From NCBI GenBank assembly GCA_025558095.1, contig JAIVFI010000046.1, forward strand, positions 62,001 through 126,000: a stretch of DNA of 64,000 nucleotides. The letters run 5' to 3'. Within the stretch, counting starts at the first letter, position 1. The number at the start of each line of letters is the position of its first letter. This DNA is from Hyaloraphidium curvatum SAG 235-1 (taxonomy: Eukaryota > Fungi > Monoblepharomycota). Made by a program: the position numbers and the translations under genes. This document shows positions 49,744 through 62,189 of the stretch, piece after piece. The notes under the pieces were generated by a model, which was not told the origin of the DNA, ran no database searches, and saw nothing but the letters and a program-made list of their open reading frames with translations.

Positions 49744-52700
49744 CTACTTCCTCTTGCGCTCGTAGTAGTCGCACAGATCCAGCGACGACGTGCAGTACCC
49801 GTCTGGGCACGTCTCGAGGCCGTAGTCCTCGCAGGTGTCGAAGCCGTTGCTCGGGCTCGAGCAGGATCCTTCGTCCTGGCCGCACTCGCCGTCTGGGCAC
49901 GTGACGAACCCCCAGGTCTCGCATGAATCCAGGTCCGGCTCGGGGCAGTACTCGGGGCCGTCCGCGCAAGACATGTCGTAGCAGGTCACTTGTCCGTAGT
50001 TCTCTGCGGGATGCCGGTTGTAAGCGCAGTGCCGGGAGAGGTGTCGAGCGCAACCTACCGCAGCTGTCCTCGGGGCACTCCGATTCTTCCGACGCGCACT
50101 CGCCGTTCCAGCAGGTCACGTAGCCATACCACTCGCAGCTCTGGTCGCCATTGTCTTCCACTCCGCCGCACTCGTCCGAGCTCTCGGCGCAGCTGCCGTC
50201 GGCGCAGGTCACGAAACCGTTGCTCTCGCAGTCCGCGACGCAGTCGTAGTCGTTGTCTGCGCAGGAGCCGTCCGGGCAGGTGACCTGCCCGCCGTCTTCG
50301 CAGCTGGTCGGGGCCTGCGGGCACTCGTCGTCGCTCCAGCTGCAGGAACCATCGTACGCGCAGGTAACCATGCCCCAGGCCTCGCAGGATGTGTCGGGGC
50401 ACTCGTCGTAGGAACTCGCGCAAGTGGATCCGTCGCCGCAAGTGACCTGATCGTTGTCTTCGCACGTTTCCCCTGTTCCTCCGCACTCCTCCGGTCCCGA
50501 TACGCACGTCCCGTCGTCGCACAGGTAGCCGCCGCTCGATTCGCACGAAGGGACCGATGCGCAGCTCTCCAGGTCATCAGCGCAGCTGCCGTCGGGGCAC
50601 TGGACCTTGCCTTGAGATTCGCAGTCACCTCCACCACCGCCGCCGTAAATGTAGCCCCACGTGTCTGTCCCGAAGGCATCGACCCCGAACCTTCGGGTGG
50701 AAGGGAAAACCGTCAGACCTGTATGCCATAGGCTGGCCGGGCAGGTCGCACCGGATGCGGAAGAACCCTCCGTCGCACCAATCCGATCTCCACGAATTCT
50801 TCACGATCCTGACCGCGATGCGAACGAGTCATCAACTCCGTCCATACATTGATGAAAGCGAGGACCCACCAGAATCCGTCACCCCAGCCGACGATAGATA
50901 TAGCGTGACCTCCATCCGCTCGACCCGTGGAAGTGCCCGGCCAAACTGAGCTCTTGCACGCACTGCTTCCCCCCCAGGCGCTGAAATCGTCGTCTGTCGC
51001 AAAGACGTCTGTCATGTGGCTCAACGAACGCGGGTGCGCGAGAACCTACAAACGTCAAAGCCACTTGCAACGCTGCCGTACTGGTAGATGTGCCTCTTGA
51101 TTGCCTCCACATCCGTGCCGAGGAAAACTGCGGAGAACCATTCGGGGGGCCTGTCGTCGCAGCTCGCTGCACAACGGCTCCCGTCAGGGGGCTGCCGATC
51201 GCTGTGACGAGATGTGAAATGCTCTGAACTTGGAGGATCGACACGAATCGACTCACATGTACGGAGCGCACCTCTCCTGGATCGCCCCTTTTTCATTGAT
51301 GAACTTTGCAGCCTCTGCATTCCAAAAGCCGTCAGAACACTTCGCATTCCAGTCGCAGAAGAAAGCCCGGGCTTCGGAAAGGTCGTCGTGCTCCACAAGG
51401 GACCCGCGCGACGCCACCAGGATGGTGCTTTCCAGGGCCGCCATGTTCGCAAAAGCAACGCACGATCCGCATTCGCCCTGGTCTTTCACGCTGGAAATCC
51501 TGCGGAAGTCGGCCGACGACCGCAAGTCGTACGCGGCCGGAAGCGGTGCGTCTGCCAGCATTTTGTCCACGGCACTGGCGACGAGCTTGAGCCGCGAGGG
51601 GGAGAGGGGCCCCCTTTGCCAGAGCCTAGCCTTGGTGGAGTTGGAGAGCAGCGCGCGCTGTAACGCCTCGCGAGCCCTGCGGCGGTTCTCGGGTTGCTGG
51701 AGGAACGATCGCCAGTCCGTGGTTGAGTTCTTGCCCGAGTCCGCCGAGACGGCGGGGATTCCGCCGCCGGCCCGCACTTTCGCGACCAGATCCTTGACGG
51801 CACTGACGGTATTTGAGTAATAGAGGGCGGCCCCGGCCGAGACCTTCTTCGCCTTGGCAAACTTAGGGTCGTTTGCCGGCGGCTTCATGCCCAGCGCCAC
51901 ACTGCGCGGCGTCGCGGTGTTGACAACCGTGCGGGTCGACGACGTCGCGATGCGGGAGGTGCTGGCCCGCCTGGTCCCGCTGGAGGTGGATCTGCTCCTT
52001 GACGCCGACCTGCTTGAGGTCTTGAGCGTCCAGGACGTGCTCGATCGGCTGCGAGTTAAGGAGCTGCTAGAGTGGGTAGCCGACTTGGATTGGGCGCGGG
52101 AGGTGGATGAAGCCGATCTGGTCCTGGTCGAGGTCGCGCGGGACGAGGTCGACCGCGAGGTCGACCTGGAAGAGGTCGAGCGGGAGGACGTCAAGCGGGA
52201 GGAGGTCGAGCGGGAGGAAGAAGACCGCGAGGAGGTCGACCGAGAAGTGGATGACGAGATACGGGTCGACGACGTGCCCGAGCGGGTCGACGTGCCGGGC
52301 TGGGTGCGGCTCGTGGATGCTGCCGACTTGGTCGAGCTCGAGCGGGACGACGTCGACCGCGAGGTGGATGACCGGGTTCCGGATGAAGTGGTCGGCGAGC
52401 TCGATCGCGCAGCCGTGGAAGATGACCGCGATGTCGATGACCGAGGCCGCGAGGATGTGGCCGGCGAGCTGGTCGATGGGGTCCGGGATGATGTTGCTTT
52501 CGAGGTCAGGGAGGTGGTCGTTGCCGTGCGGGACGACGTTGCTTTCGAGCTAGCCGATCGCGCGCTGGATGTAGAGGAGCGCGGGGTCGAGCTCGAGCTC
52601 GGCAGCCGCGTCCTGGAAGAGGTGGATCGGGTTGCTGACGAGGTGGATCGTGTGGCGGAGGAGGTAGGCCGCGAGCCCGATGCCTTGGTGCTCGAAGACG

Positions 52701-53394
52701 TCGAACGCAGGTTGGTAGTGGCACTTGTTGACCGGCTCGTCGAGCGACTAGCCGACTTCGAACTGGCCGTGGAGCTCGAAGTCCATTTGGATGAGGTGCG
52801 AGGGCTGCTGGAAGCAGTGGTGCGCGAGGAGGAGTTAACCGTCTTGCTTGTGCTCGCTTTCGTCGACGAGATCGAGCTGGTGGTGAACTTGGCCGGTGCC
52901 TGCGACGCGGTACAGGTCCGGGTAAGATGCGAGGCGCGAGATCCGGGCAAGACTCCTCACCTTCGTCAAGGAAGACGACGCACGTGGCGTTGCCGAATTG
53001 CTCGTGGTGCTTGAGGTCTGCCTCGAAGTTGTTCTCTGCGGCACCCCATCAGAAATGATCGGATCCCAGCCAACGCGACGATGTACCTTTGTGCTGCTCG
53101 TCGTCTTGGCGACATCGAGCAGCTGCGTGACCCGGGTCCTCGTGGCGCTGGTCAGGCTCGTGGAGCTCGCCCTCGACCTCGGCGTGTACTCCAGCGCCCT
53201 CGCGGCGACGCCCTGCCAAAAACACGCTGTCAGCACGTTATTCATGCGGACGTATCGGGGGAACAGACCTCGCGCCCCTCCTCTGCCGGTCCGGTTTCGC
53301 CCGTGGCCTCGGCGGGGACCGCGCGCGCCTCGGCGAGGAGCGCCGGCGCGGCGCGGCCGAAGCCGGCGCCGGTCAGCAAGAATGAGATCAGCAT
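49744..53394 (-). CDS. Papain-family (C1A) cysteine protease with Ser/Thr-rich N-terminal stalk and Cys/Asp-rich C-terminal repeats
   Basis: LPAAYDLR...VKDQGECGSCVAF (catalytic Cys), GGHAISIVGWG (His), IVKNSW (Asn); multiple CE..G.VTC.DG.C....C repeats. Confidence 0.85.
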
Positions 53395-54140
53395 GATTGC
53401 GAGGCAGACGGTTGCCGCGGGCAGCCCGGTGCCGGGGCGGAGGCCGTGCGGGGACCCGTGCTGACGGCGGAAGGCCGCCGCCGGCGCATCGCCCAGAGCG
53501 CAGCCCATGGCTGCAGAAGTTTTGCGCGGTTTCTTGCTGCGATGCGGTTGGAGCTTGGAATCGGCCGAGTCCGGGACAATGGGGATGTTGCGTCCCCGTC
53601 TCGGTTTCCCCTGGCTGGACCAATTCAGGCTCTATCGCTCTGACGCAACGGGAATTGGCTCCGAGCTTCCATGACTAACGGCACGGGATCACATTCATGC
53701 ACTGCACTGGAGAGGCCAATGGAGCTCACTGAAAAAGCGCCCCAAGCGCAGCACAGCTGGTCCCGTCCTCGCACGCTCCCGCGCCCGCCCCCGCACCCCT
53801 CGCAGCAAGCCGGACATCCATCGCCCATGACATCACCGGCCGTACGCAGCATGACCGGCACCGCCCGCCGGCCGCTCCCGGATGTGGAATCTCCGCAGGG
53901 AATGAGGCATCCCGCGCGTGGGGTGCCCGGAGGCCGCGCGGGAGCCAATCTGAGCTGCGTTCTGGAGGACGGGCCGCCCGACCCGAAACTCGGAGGGTCG
54001 ACGGAAAGCGGGAGCAACAGAGATGGATGTATTGGGTATCTGAATTCGAGGATGAGCAATGTGTCGGGCAAGAGCAGGAGGCAGAGACGACCCACCAACA
54101 AGACCAGAATGAACATGAACAATCCAGCACACGAAAATGG

Positions 54141-54803
54141 TCACCGCAACAGCGACTCGGCGGTGACCTGCACCGGCGCCGGCGCGGCGTTCTTGACGCG
54201 GTGCTCCAGCACCTCCTTCTCGCCCCCGGTGTCCCACCGCCCCGACCAGAACTTTGCCGCCTCGTCGCGGTCCCCGTCCCCGCCTTCTTCGTCGGCAAAA
54301 TCCCCAGCGTACTCCCCGGCGTCGTCCCCCACGTCCCCACCGCCGGCCAACATCGCGGCCTTGGCGCGCATCAGCGCCTCGCGGGCCTCGTCCGTCGCGT
54401 GGGCGCCGCCGGTGCGCTCACCGCCGTCGGGGTCGCGCCCCCGCTCGTCCCGCAGCGCGTGCGGCAGCACGTACGAGTACGGCCCCGAGCGGCGTCGCGG
54501 CGAGTCGACCTCGTACAGGAACGGCAGCACGCAGCGCGGGCACGCGTAGCGGAACTGCTTCTCCAGCCCGCCGGCCCGCCGCAGCACGCGCGGCTGCGGG
54601 CCGACGCAGTTGACTTTGTAGCGCCGCACCGCGTTGTCGATGATTCGCGCGCCGTCGGTCCGCCGGCGCGGCAGCCGCGAGAGGACCTTGTCCAGGATGA
54701 GGAGGTATTCCCCGCACACACAGTAGTAGACGTGCAGCGCCGCGCCGTCCGGCTTGCGCTCCTCCGACGTCGACACGATCGACGAGCTGACTATCTTCGG
54801 CAT
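54141..54803 (-). CDS. STEEP1/CXorf56 (UPF0428)-like protein
   Basis: MPKIVS, LHVYYCVCGEYLLILD...LPRRRTDGARII, GLEKQFRYACPRCVLPFLY. Confidence 0.8.
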   Translation of the reverse strand: MPKIVSSSIVSTSEERKPDGAALHVYYCVCGEYLLILDKVLSRLPRRRTDGARIIDNAVRRYKVNCVGPQPRVLRRAGGLEKQFRYACPRCVLPFLYEVDSPRRRSGPYSYVLPHALRDERGRDPDGGERTGGAHATDEAREALMRAKAAMLAGGGDVGDDAGEYAGDFADEEGGDGDRDEAAKFWSGRWDTGGEKEVLEHRVKNAAPAPVQVTAESLLR

Positions 54804-54954
54804 CCCGGCGGTGCGACGGGGAGAACTGCGCACTCGCTTTTTTCCCTAGCAGCCTCGAGGTCTAGCGATCACGCCTGCAAAATCCTAACCGCGAAGTGCC
54901 CACGCCAATCAACGCAGAAAACGCCGCGGCCCCCTCCGCGGCCCGGGCAGCGCA

Positions 54955-56552
54955 ATGGCGTCGACCGATACGGTGTACATCACCGGGCTGCCGCCGACGG
55001 CGACGGAGGACCAGCTCGTCGAGCGCTTCTCGTCCATTGGGATCATAAAGACCGACAAGAAGACGGGGCTCAAGAAGGTCTGGATCTACCGCGACGCCTC
55101 GGGCGACGCAAAGGGCGACGCGACGGTGACCTATGGTGGGCGGTGCTCGCGGAATACGGACGTGGTTCGGGACCTGAGTGTGGTTGGCGGCAGACGACCC
55201 CGAGACGGCGCCGTCGGCCGTCGAGTGGTTCAGCGGCAAGGAGTTCCTCGGCGGCACGCTGACCGTGTCGCTGGCCGAAAAAAAGGAGAAGGAGCCGCCG
55301 CCGGGCGGCTGGGGCCGCAGCGGCGGCGGCGGGGGCGGCGGCGGCGGGTTCGGCCGGAAGGAGGGCGACTGGTGCGTCAACGCAGATCCCCTCCCCTTTC
55401 GCGGATTCCGACGCTTTCTGTTCGTAAAGGGACTGTCCCTCGTGCGGCAACATGTGCTTCGCCCGGCGGTCAGAGTGCAACAAGTGCGGGACCCCGCGAC
55501 CCGACGGCGGCGGCGCGGCGGCCGGCGCAGGAGGCTACGGCGCCCCCGCGGGCTACGGCGGCGGCGCCTACGGTGGAGGAAGTTACGGTGGCGGTGCGCC
55601 GCGTGGTGGTCCTGGAGCCCGTGAAGGCGACTGGTGGGTCTCCTCGTCTTTTTTTTTGTCGTCTCTTCTACTGACGACCGCCTTTCCTCCCTCTCCAAAA
55701 GGAACTGCCCGAGCTGCGGCGCCAACTGCTTCGCTTCCCGCACGCAGTGCTTCAAGTGCGCCGCTCCCCGCCCCGAGGGCATGGGCGCCCCGCCCGGCGG
55801 GGGCTACGGCGGCCACAACGCCCCTCGTGAAGGCGACTGGTGCGTCCTCTGCCCCTTTCCCTTCCCTCCTCAGCCCAGATCTGACCCTTTTTGCTCCCGC
55901 CCACAGGCCCTGCCCAAGCTGCGGCGCCAACGTCTTCGCCTCCAAGTCCTCGTGCTTCAAGTGCGGCGCGCCCCGCCCCGAGGGCGCCGGGTACCCCTCC
56001 GGAGCCGGCGGCGGCGGTGGGTACGGCGGCAGTGGCGGCGGGTACGCCGCGAGTGGTGGTTATGGGTATCCCCCCTCGTACGGGTACGACGGGTACGGCG
56101 CGGGCGGCTACGGTTACGGCGCTGGGGGCTATGGCGCCGGGGGATACGGATCCGGCGGATACGGCGGGGTTTACGGCGGAGGCGGGTACGGCGGTTCGTC
56201 CGGGGGCGCGGGCGGAGGGTACGGTGGTGATCGCGCAGGCGCGCGCGAGGGCGACTGGTGCGTTCCTTCCGTTCAGCAGGCAGCCCGACCCGCAGCGCTG
56301 ACCCGTTCCCGTTCCAGGACCTGCCCCGGCTGCGGCAACAACTGCTTCGCCCGCCGCACCGAATGCAACCGCTGCGGCGCGGCCAAGCCCTCCTCCGGGG
56401 GCGGCGCCATGCGCTCGTACGAGGAGGACCGCGGTGCCGGCGGGCCAAAGTACTACCCCGGATCGGGATCGGGATCCGGCGCCGCGGGCGGGTACGAGGA
56501 CAGGTACGGCGGCGAGAGGGACAGGAACGGGGGTAGGCACAGGCCTTACTAG
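54955..56552 (+). CDS. FET-family-like RNA-binding protein: RRM, four RanBP2 zinc fingers, GY-rich region, PY-NLS
   Basis: TVYITGL...GIIKTDKKTG...KGDATVTYDDP; four GDWxCxxCG..F..R/K..C.xC fingers; ends RHRPY. Confidence 0.88.
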
Positions 56553-57026
56553 GCGGTGCTTGGAAGGTGGAACGGGGAACGGTCTTGGGGCAGCGGCGGA
56601 GGACGGGGAGGGAGGCTCGCGCTGGGCCGTGGAAGCGGAAGCGAATACCCGATCTGTGCCGTCTACGTGCTGGCTCCGTGCCGTCCCTGGCTGTGGTTGT
56701 CCGTGGAGGTCCGCGGGGAAGTTGCCCGAGACAGAATCGCCGCCTCGTGCCGAAACAGGACCGACCTCGCCCAACGGGCATGGCCAAGACAAGGTGGCGT
56801 TCAAGCAGGACAGACCAGGACGGTTGGGTCGAGCAAAGCAGGATCAAGAATCAAGAAGCAAGAACCAAGTGTCTATTCCAGGTTGGGTGGTGGCGATTTG
56901 AATCACCGTTTGCCCCCGCCCGCCGCGGGCCGGGTATCCGGGTATCGCGGGGTATCGGGTATCGTCTGTACAGCGGCGGGGTATCGGGGCCGCGGGGGGC
57001 AGGGGCGGAAGGGCAGCGGGGACGGC

Positions 57027-57417
57027 TCACTTCTTGTTGTTGGGGTTCGAGGGCGAGTTCTTCCACTGCGAGGCGGGCGACGTCAGCGGGGGCAGAGGAG
57101 GCAGAGCAGCTAGGAGACGCACGTTGGCAGCAGCCAGCTTGAAGGCCTCCTTGTGGTCGACGTTGGGGTTCGCCGCCTTGATCTTCGGCAGCTCCTCCTT
57201 CATGAAGGTGTTGTAGGCGGACGGCGGCCGGCTGCCCTTCTCCTTCTTCTCCTTCTTCTCCTTGGGGGCCTTCTCCTTCTTCTCCTTGGGAGCCTTCTTC
57301 TCGGCTTTCTCGGCCTTGGCCTGGCGCGGCGCGGGGGGGGCGGGGCGGGGCGGCGCGGGCGGCGGGATCCGGCGGTCAGCGCTGCGGCGGGACGCGTCCG
57401 GCGGGGCGGCGCACCAT
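57027..57417 (-). CDS. Small YABBY/HMG-box-like protein
   Basis: M|AKAEK...KEK repeats, [36 protein letters not shown]|WKNSP; two introns. Confidence 0.8.
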
Positions 57418-58244
57418 TTCGTCAGCGGTTCCGGACGGTGTGCGTGCGGATTTCGACGGTTGAATTCAGCGGCGCCAGGGGGCGAACGGGTCTAAATACC
57501 CCTGCGGAAGTTCGCGCTGTCCGGGTGCGACTATCGATTGGCGCCAACCCCTCCAACGGAAGCACCTATGTGAGCCCCTCCGTCGTCTCAATTGACACCG
57601 GCCCAAAACTCGGCAGGAGCTCGGTGGATACCCTAGGCACAGGATTGGTCTTTTGAGCCGGGCGAAAAGCGTCGAATCTGAGGCGCTGGGGCTGGCCGAA
57701 GTGTTCGTGAGCGGCAAGGGCCTTGTGGCGCCCCGCCAAACGCGATCTGTGGACCGGCTCCGCGCCAGAGGACTTTCTCGTGGACATGATGTACCATCGT
57801 GGGGACTTGTGGCCGGCCAACGCGTCGCTTTGGGTTTGTCCTCCAGGGGTCCCGCACCGACGGGCGACGGTTCGGGTGCCCCCACGCGGTTTTCCCTTCC
57901 GGGAACCTCCGGAGTCCAATCGCAACATTGTGCATGGTCTGCGTCAAGGGCAATGGCGGTACTTCGTGGCCACAGCTCATCTCCGTTGAGCTCTCGCTCC
58001 GCGGCTCCGCTACAGTAGTCTCGCGGTTCGTTCGAGAACACGCCCCGGCAAACCTCGCGCTGGTCCTTGGACAAATCATCGATATGAGCAAAGCAATGAT
58101 GCGCAGCCTGAGCGATGGGAGGAAAGGGGGTGGCAAACTCGCGTTCGGCGGTGGCGGCGCAATGCAGCGAGGTCGCAAGAGAGAGCAGATTCCGAATCCC
58201 GACGCAACCGCACGTGCAACGGCCGCGTGGTCACTGCTCGGAAT

Positions 58245-59631
58245 ATGGCTTCACAAGTTACGAAGCGCCTCGTGAACGCGTCCACGGGCAAGGGGCGCGT
58301 CTGCTTCATGTGGAGTCCGTCGCCGGTGCGCGGGAGACACCGTCTTACGCTCCCTCGCAGCACCGGCGGAGCTTCGGGACTTGGTTCAGCTACGGCTTTG
58401 GCATTTGCCCGCAACGGAGCCAGCGCAATCGTGCTCACGGACCTGGTGAAGCAGAAGGATCTTGCGCACTCCGTCATCGAGACCCTGAAGAAGGAAGCTG
58501 GGAGCTCGCTGAAGACCCTGTTCCTGGAGCACGACGTGCGGAAGGAGCCCGAATGGATCCGAGTAATGGAGGAGTGCGTTTCCGTCTTCCGACCACATCG
58601 AGTGGTGCCTCACCGCATGTTCGCAGGACCCACAAGGCCATCGGGCCTCTCGACGTTATGCTCACCTCTGCCGGTAAGTCAAACAGGCAGATCTTTCTCT
58701 GACATGGCTCATAGCGGTGCTTGACGGCGGTGCTTTGGTTGCGATGCTTTGATTGCGGTGCTGTCATTGCGCAGGCATCTCGGGGAACGGGGACCCGTGG
58801 AAGATCGAGGACCTTGACATGAACCGCTATCAGCGCATGATCGACATAAACCTGTCTGGCTCTTCTGCGTTCTCCTCTTGTTCCGTCATCTGACTTATTG
58901 CTCTTCAGGACGGGCACGGTGCTCGGCCTCAAGTACGGCATTCGCAGCATGAAGGAGAACAAGGCCAAGGAATCCAAATCCATCATTACGATATCTAGCA
59001 TTGGTGCGTTTGCTGCGGAAGCTGTGCCCCTTGCTCCTCATTGACTACATTGGTTTGGGGCAGAGGGCATCATTTCCGAGCCTCAGGCTCTGAGCTGTGA
59101 GAACGCACTGTGCCCCGTCCATGGCATGTGACTGATGATGAACGTGGTTGTCAGACGGAGCGTCCAAGGGCGGCGTTAGGATTGCGACGAAGGCTGCTGC
59201 TCTTTGTGAGCTGATCTTGAATCTTACCCCGTCACCTTCTCATCTCGTCCCGGACAGACTGTGCCCAGCAGAAGTACAACATTCGAGTTAATTCGGCACA
59301 CCCCGGCTACATCGCGACCCCGATGTTGGGCGAGATCTTCGACAGCGTCGACGCGGAAGCCCGCAAGGCTATGGAAGCCAGCGTGGTCGCGCGGCATCCG
59401 ATCGGCAGGATGGGCGAGCCGAGGGAGATCGCGGACGGCATCCTGTTCCTTGCGTCTGAGGAGAGCTCCTTCGTGGGTGTCTGCCACTTGAGCTGCCAGA
59501 CCTTTGGTGACGATCGCTCTTGTCTAGATGACGGGATCTGAACTCGTGATTGATGGAGGTGAGGATCCGTGTTGAAGCCGATCGAATCCGATCCGGCTGA
59601 CGCCGCTTCCGCAGGCTACACGGCGCAATAG
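58245..59631 (+). CDS. Short-chain dehydrogenase/reductase, many short exons
   Basis: TGGASGLG, INL, IITISS, Y|GASKGG (YxxxK), IRVNSAHPGYIATP, PIGRMGEPREIA, FLASEESSF, TGSELVIDGG. Confidence 0.88.
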
Positions 59632-59676
59632 GCTGTCTGGTCTGGTCTAGTCTCTTGTTCGTGGAATCACAGTTTG

Positions 59677-62031
59677 CTAGCCCCGCGCGCCTTGTCCTTG
59701 GCCCGCTGCGCCTCCGTGGCCTCCACTTCGGCGTACATCTTCGCAAAGTCGGCCGCGAATCGCTGCTTCAGCATCGGCCTCCGATTCTTGATGGTCGGCG
59801 TGAGCAGGTTGTTCTCGACGGTGAAAGGATCCGTGTGCAGCGTGATCGCCTTGCAGCCGCGGTCAGCTCCAACACCACCTCAAACGGACCTCAGAAACCC
59901 ACCGCAACCTGCTCAAAGAACTGCAGGCCCGCCTCCGTTCCGATCTTGAGCATGTCGTCGAACACCTCCTTCACCACCCGCGGGTCCTTTGCAAGCTGCT
60001 CCTGCGACGTCGACGCCGGGATGCCGATCGACTTGGCGAAGGCCGCGATCTGCTCCGGGTCGGGGACGACGACGGCAACCAGCGACGGCTGGTCCCGGTG
60101 GCCGTCGACGTAGATCTGCATGACGTATCTGGCGCGCGCGTGAGTGAGGAACTGGCAAAGAGCCCGCCAGGGAGCGACTTCACCTGCTGCGGATGTAGGT
60201 GACCTCGACCTTCTCCGGCACCACGAACTCCCCCCTCGACAGCTTGAACACGTTCTTGGCCCGGTCGATGACCTTGAGCGTCCCGTCGGGCATGATCTCG
60301 CATATGTCCCCCGTCAGCAGCCACCCGTCCGCGTCCAGCGCCTCGCGCGTCTTTTCCGGCTGCAGGTAGTAGCCCCTGAACACGACGTGCCCGCGGCAGG
60401 CGACCTCGCCCTTGGAGCCGATCCAGCGGCCGTCCCCGCGCACGACGCTGTAGCCCATTTCGGGGCGCGAGAGGAGGCGGAACTCGGACTGCCGGGTGGC
60501 GGTGCCGACGTGGCTGCCGTACGGGGTCCAGACGTCGCCGAACTTGGTGGCCGTGAACGCCGACGTCTGTGGAACACGGAATCAATGACGCAGAAGAAGG
60601 AAGGCCAACAAAACCTACGGTTTCGGTCTGCCCGAAGCGTTCGAAGAGGTGGATGCCAAACACCACGCGGTGGAACTCGAGGTTGGCCGCCGGTGCCGGA
60701 GCCGCACCCGACGCCGAGAACCGGAATCGCCCGCCCATGTAGGCGCGCATGCCGGCCATGATGCCGAGCGAATCGTCCAGAGCGGGGTCGCGGGGGGGCT
60801 TTCCCGTCGTCAGCAGCACGCGGCGCTTGGCCGCGTACGAGGCCTCGAAGGCGGCCCGACGCTCCGGGGTCGTGAGGAACATCGCCTTGAGCGTCTGCAC
60901 CAAACGATTGCCGATCCGCGGTACCAAGTAGCAGATAGTTGGCTTCAGAGCGCGCACGTCGTCGAAGAGGTGAGCAGGATCCCCGGACCAGAGGCCGATG
61001 GGAACGCCTCGGCACGTCAGGGCCCAGTAGATGCAGCGCTCCGCCTGGTGCGCCAATGGCGAGTAGCTCATGAAGAGGTCCGAGGTGCTCATCTGCTCCG
61101 GTCCGGTTGGGCACATTTCGATCCAGACCGCGCTCTCTGCCAGCATGTTCTTGTGGCTGATCATGGCCCCCTTCGGCAACCCGGTGCTGCCCGAGGTAAA
61201 GCAAATGGTCACGATCTCGTCCGGGTGCGTGGCGGGGGTGACGGGCAGAGGCGTAACCTGCCCGAGAGCGACAAACTCGTCCCAATTCCAGACCTTCTGG
61301 ACGGCATGATTGCGGCTCATGAAAGCGTCCCTCTCGCCACCCGTGAGGCGGCCGCTGCCGTCCCTGGCGGGCACCACGACGAGGAATCGGAGGTGCGGCG
61401 ACTTGAGCGCCTCCACTTTAGCCAGCTGATCCTTAAGGCAGAAGCAAAGCCGAATCTTGCACAGCGAGAACATGTGCGCGACCCCCTCCGCGTCCGCGTT
61501 GGGGAACACCGGAACGCTGACTATGTTGTAGAACATGGCGGCCAGATCCGCCACGCGCCACTCCACGCAGTTCGGAGCATAAATGGCGATCTTGTCGCCC
61601 GTGGCGACTTCGACGGTTTCGTTCCTGCCATCCCAGGGCACGCCGGGCACCTGGCCCTCGAGGCCGCACGCGAGCTTCATCGCCGATCCGCAGGCGATGG
61701 CCAGGTCGCGGACCTGGCCGAACGACAGCCATGTGGAGTACGGGCCCGTCCTGTGCGGAGTCCGCACGCCGAGGCAGGGCTTGTCCGGTCCGTTCTCGCC
61801 GTTTGGTCCCGGGAGGCCCTCCCCGCGCTGCCACAGCTCGTACGACGTGGTAACGCCCGGAGCGGGCTGCCAGCCCAGCGGCGTGGAAAAGTCGCTGTAC
61901 CACGACGCGGAGCGGAAGGTGCCCGAGGCCTCGTCCGACGCGGCCAAGTTGTCCACGATCGACTGGAAGCTCGACATGCGGTGCGCGGGGATCAGCGCAT
62001 CGTGCGGAGGGGTCGAAGAGGCCGCCGCCAT
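59677..62031 (-). CDS. Long-chain fatty acyl-CoA synthetase (AMP-binding)
   Basis: ICFTSGSTGLPKGAMISH, PLAHQAER, FGQTE, GEVACRG, DGWLLTGDI, IDRAKNVFKLSRGEFV, LLTPTIK. Confidence 0.92.
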
Positions 62032-62189
62032 CGCGATGAGAACGACGGATCCGGCTGGAGGATGTCCCCGCGTAGTTCGCTTCAACACGGCGAAGAGATT
62101 TGTCTTCGGTGCCTCGTCGGGCCGCTTTCGCCGATCGGCGGGACGCGCCGTGCGGAAGTGATCGAACACCGAACTTGTCCCCCGCGGGC

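Noticed and set aside
51854-53014. 386-aa Asp/Glu/Val/Arg repeat ORF
   Set aside because: Antisense of the Ser/Thr-rich stalk of the papain protease.
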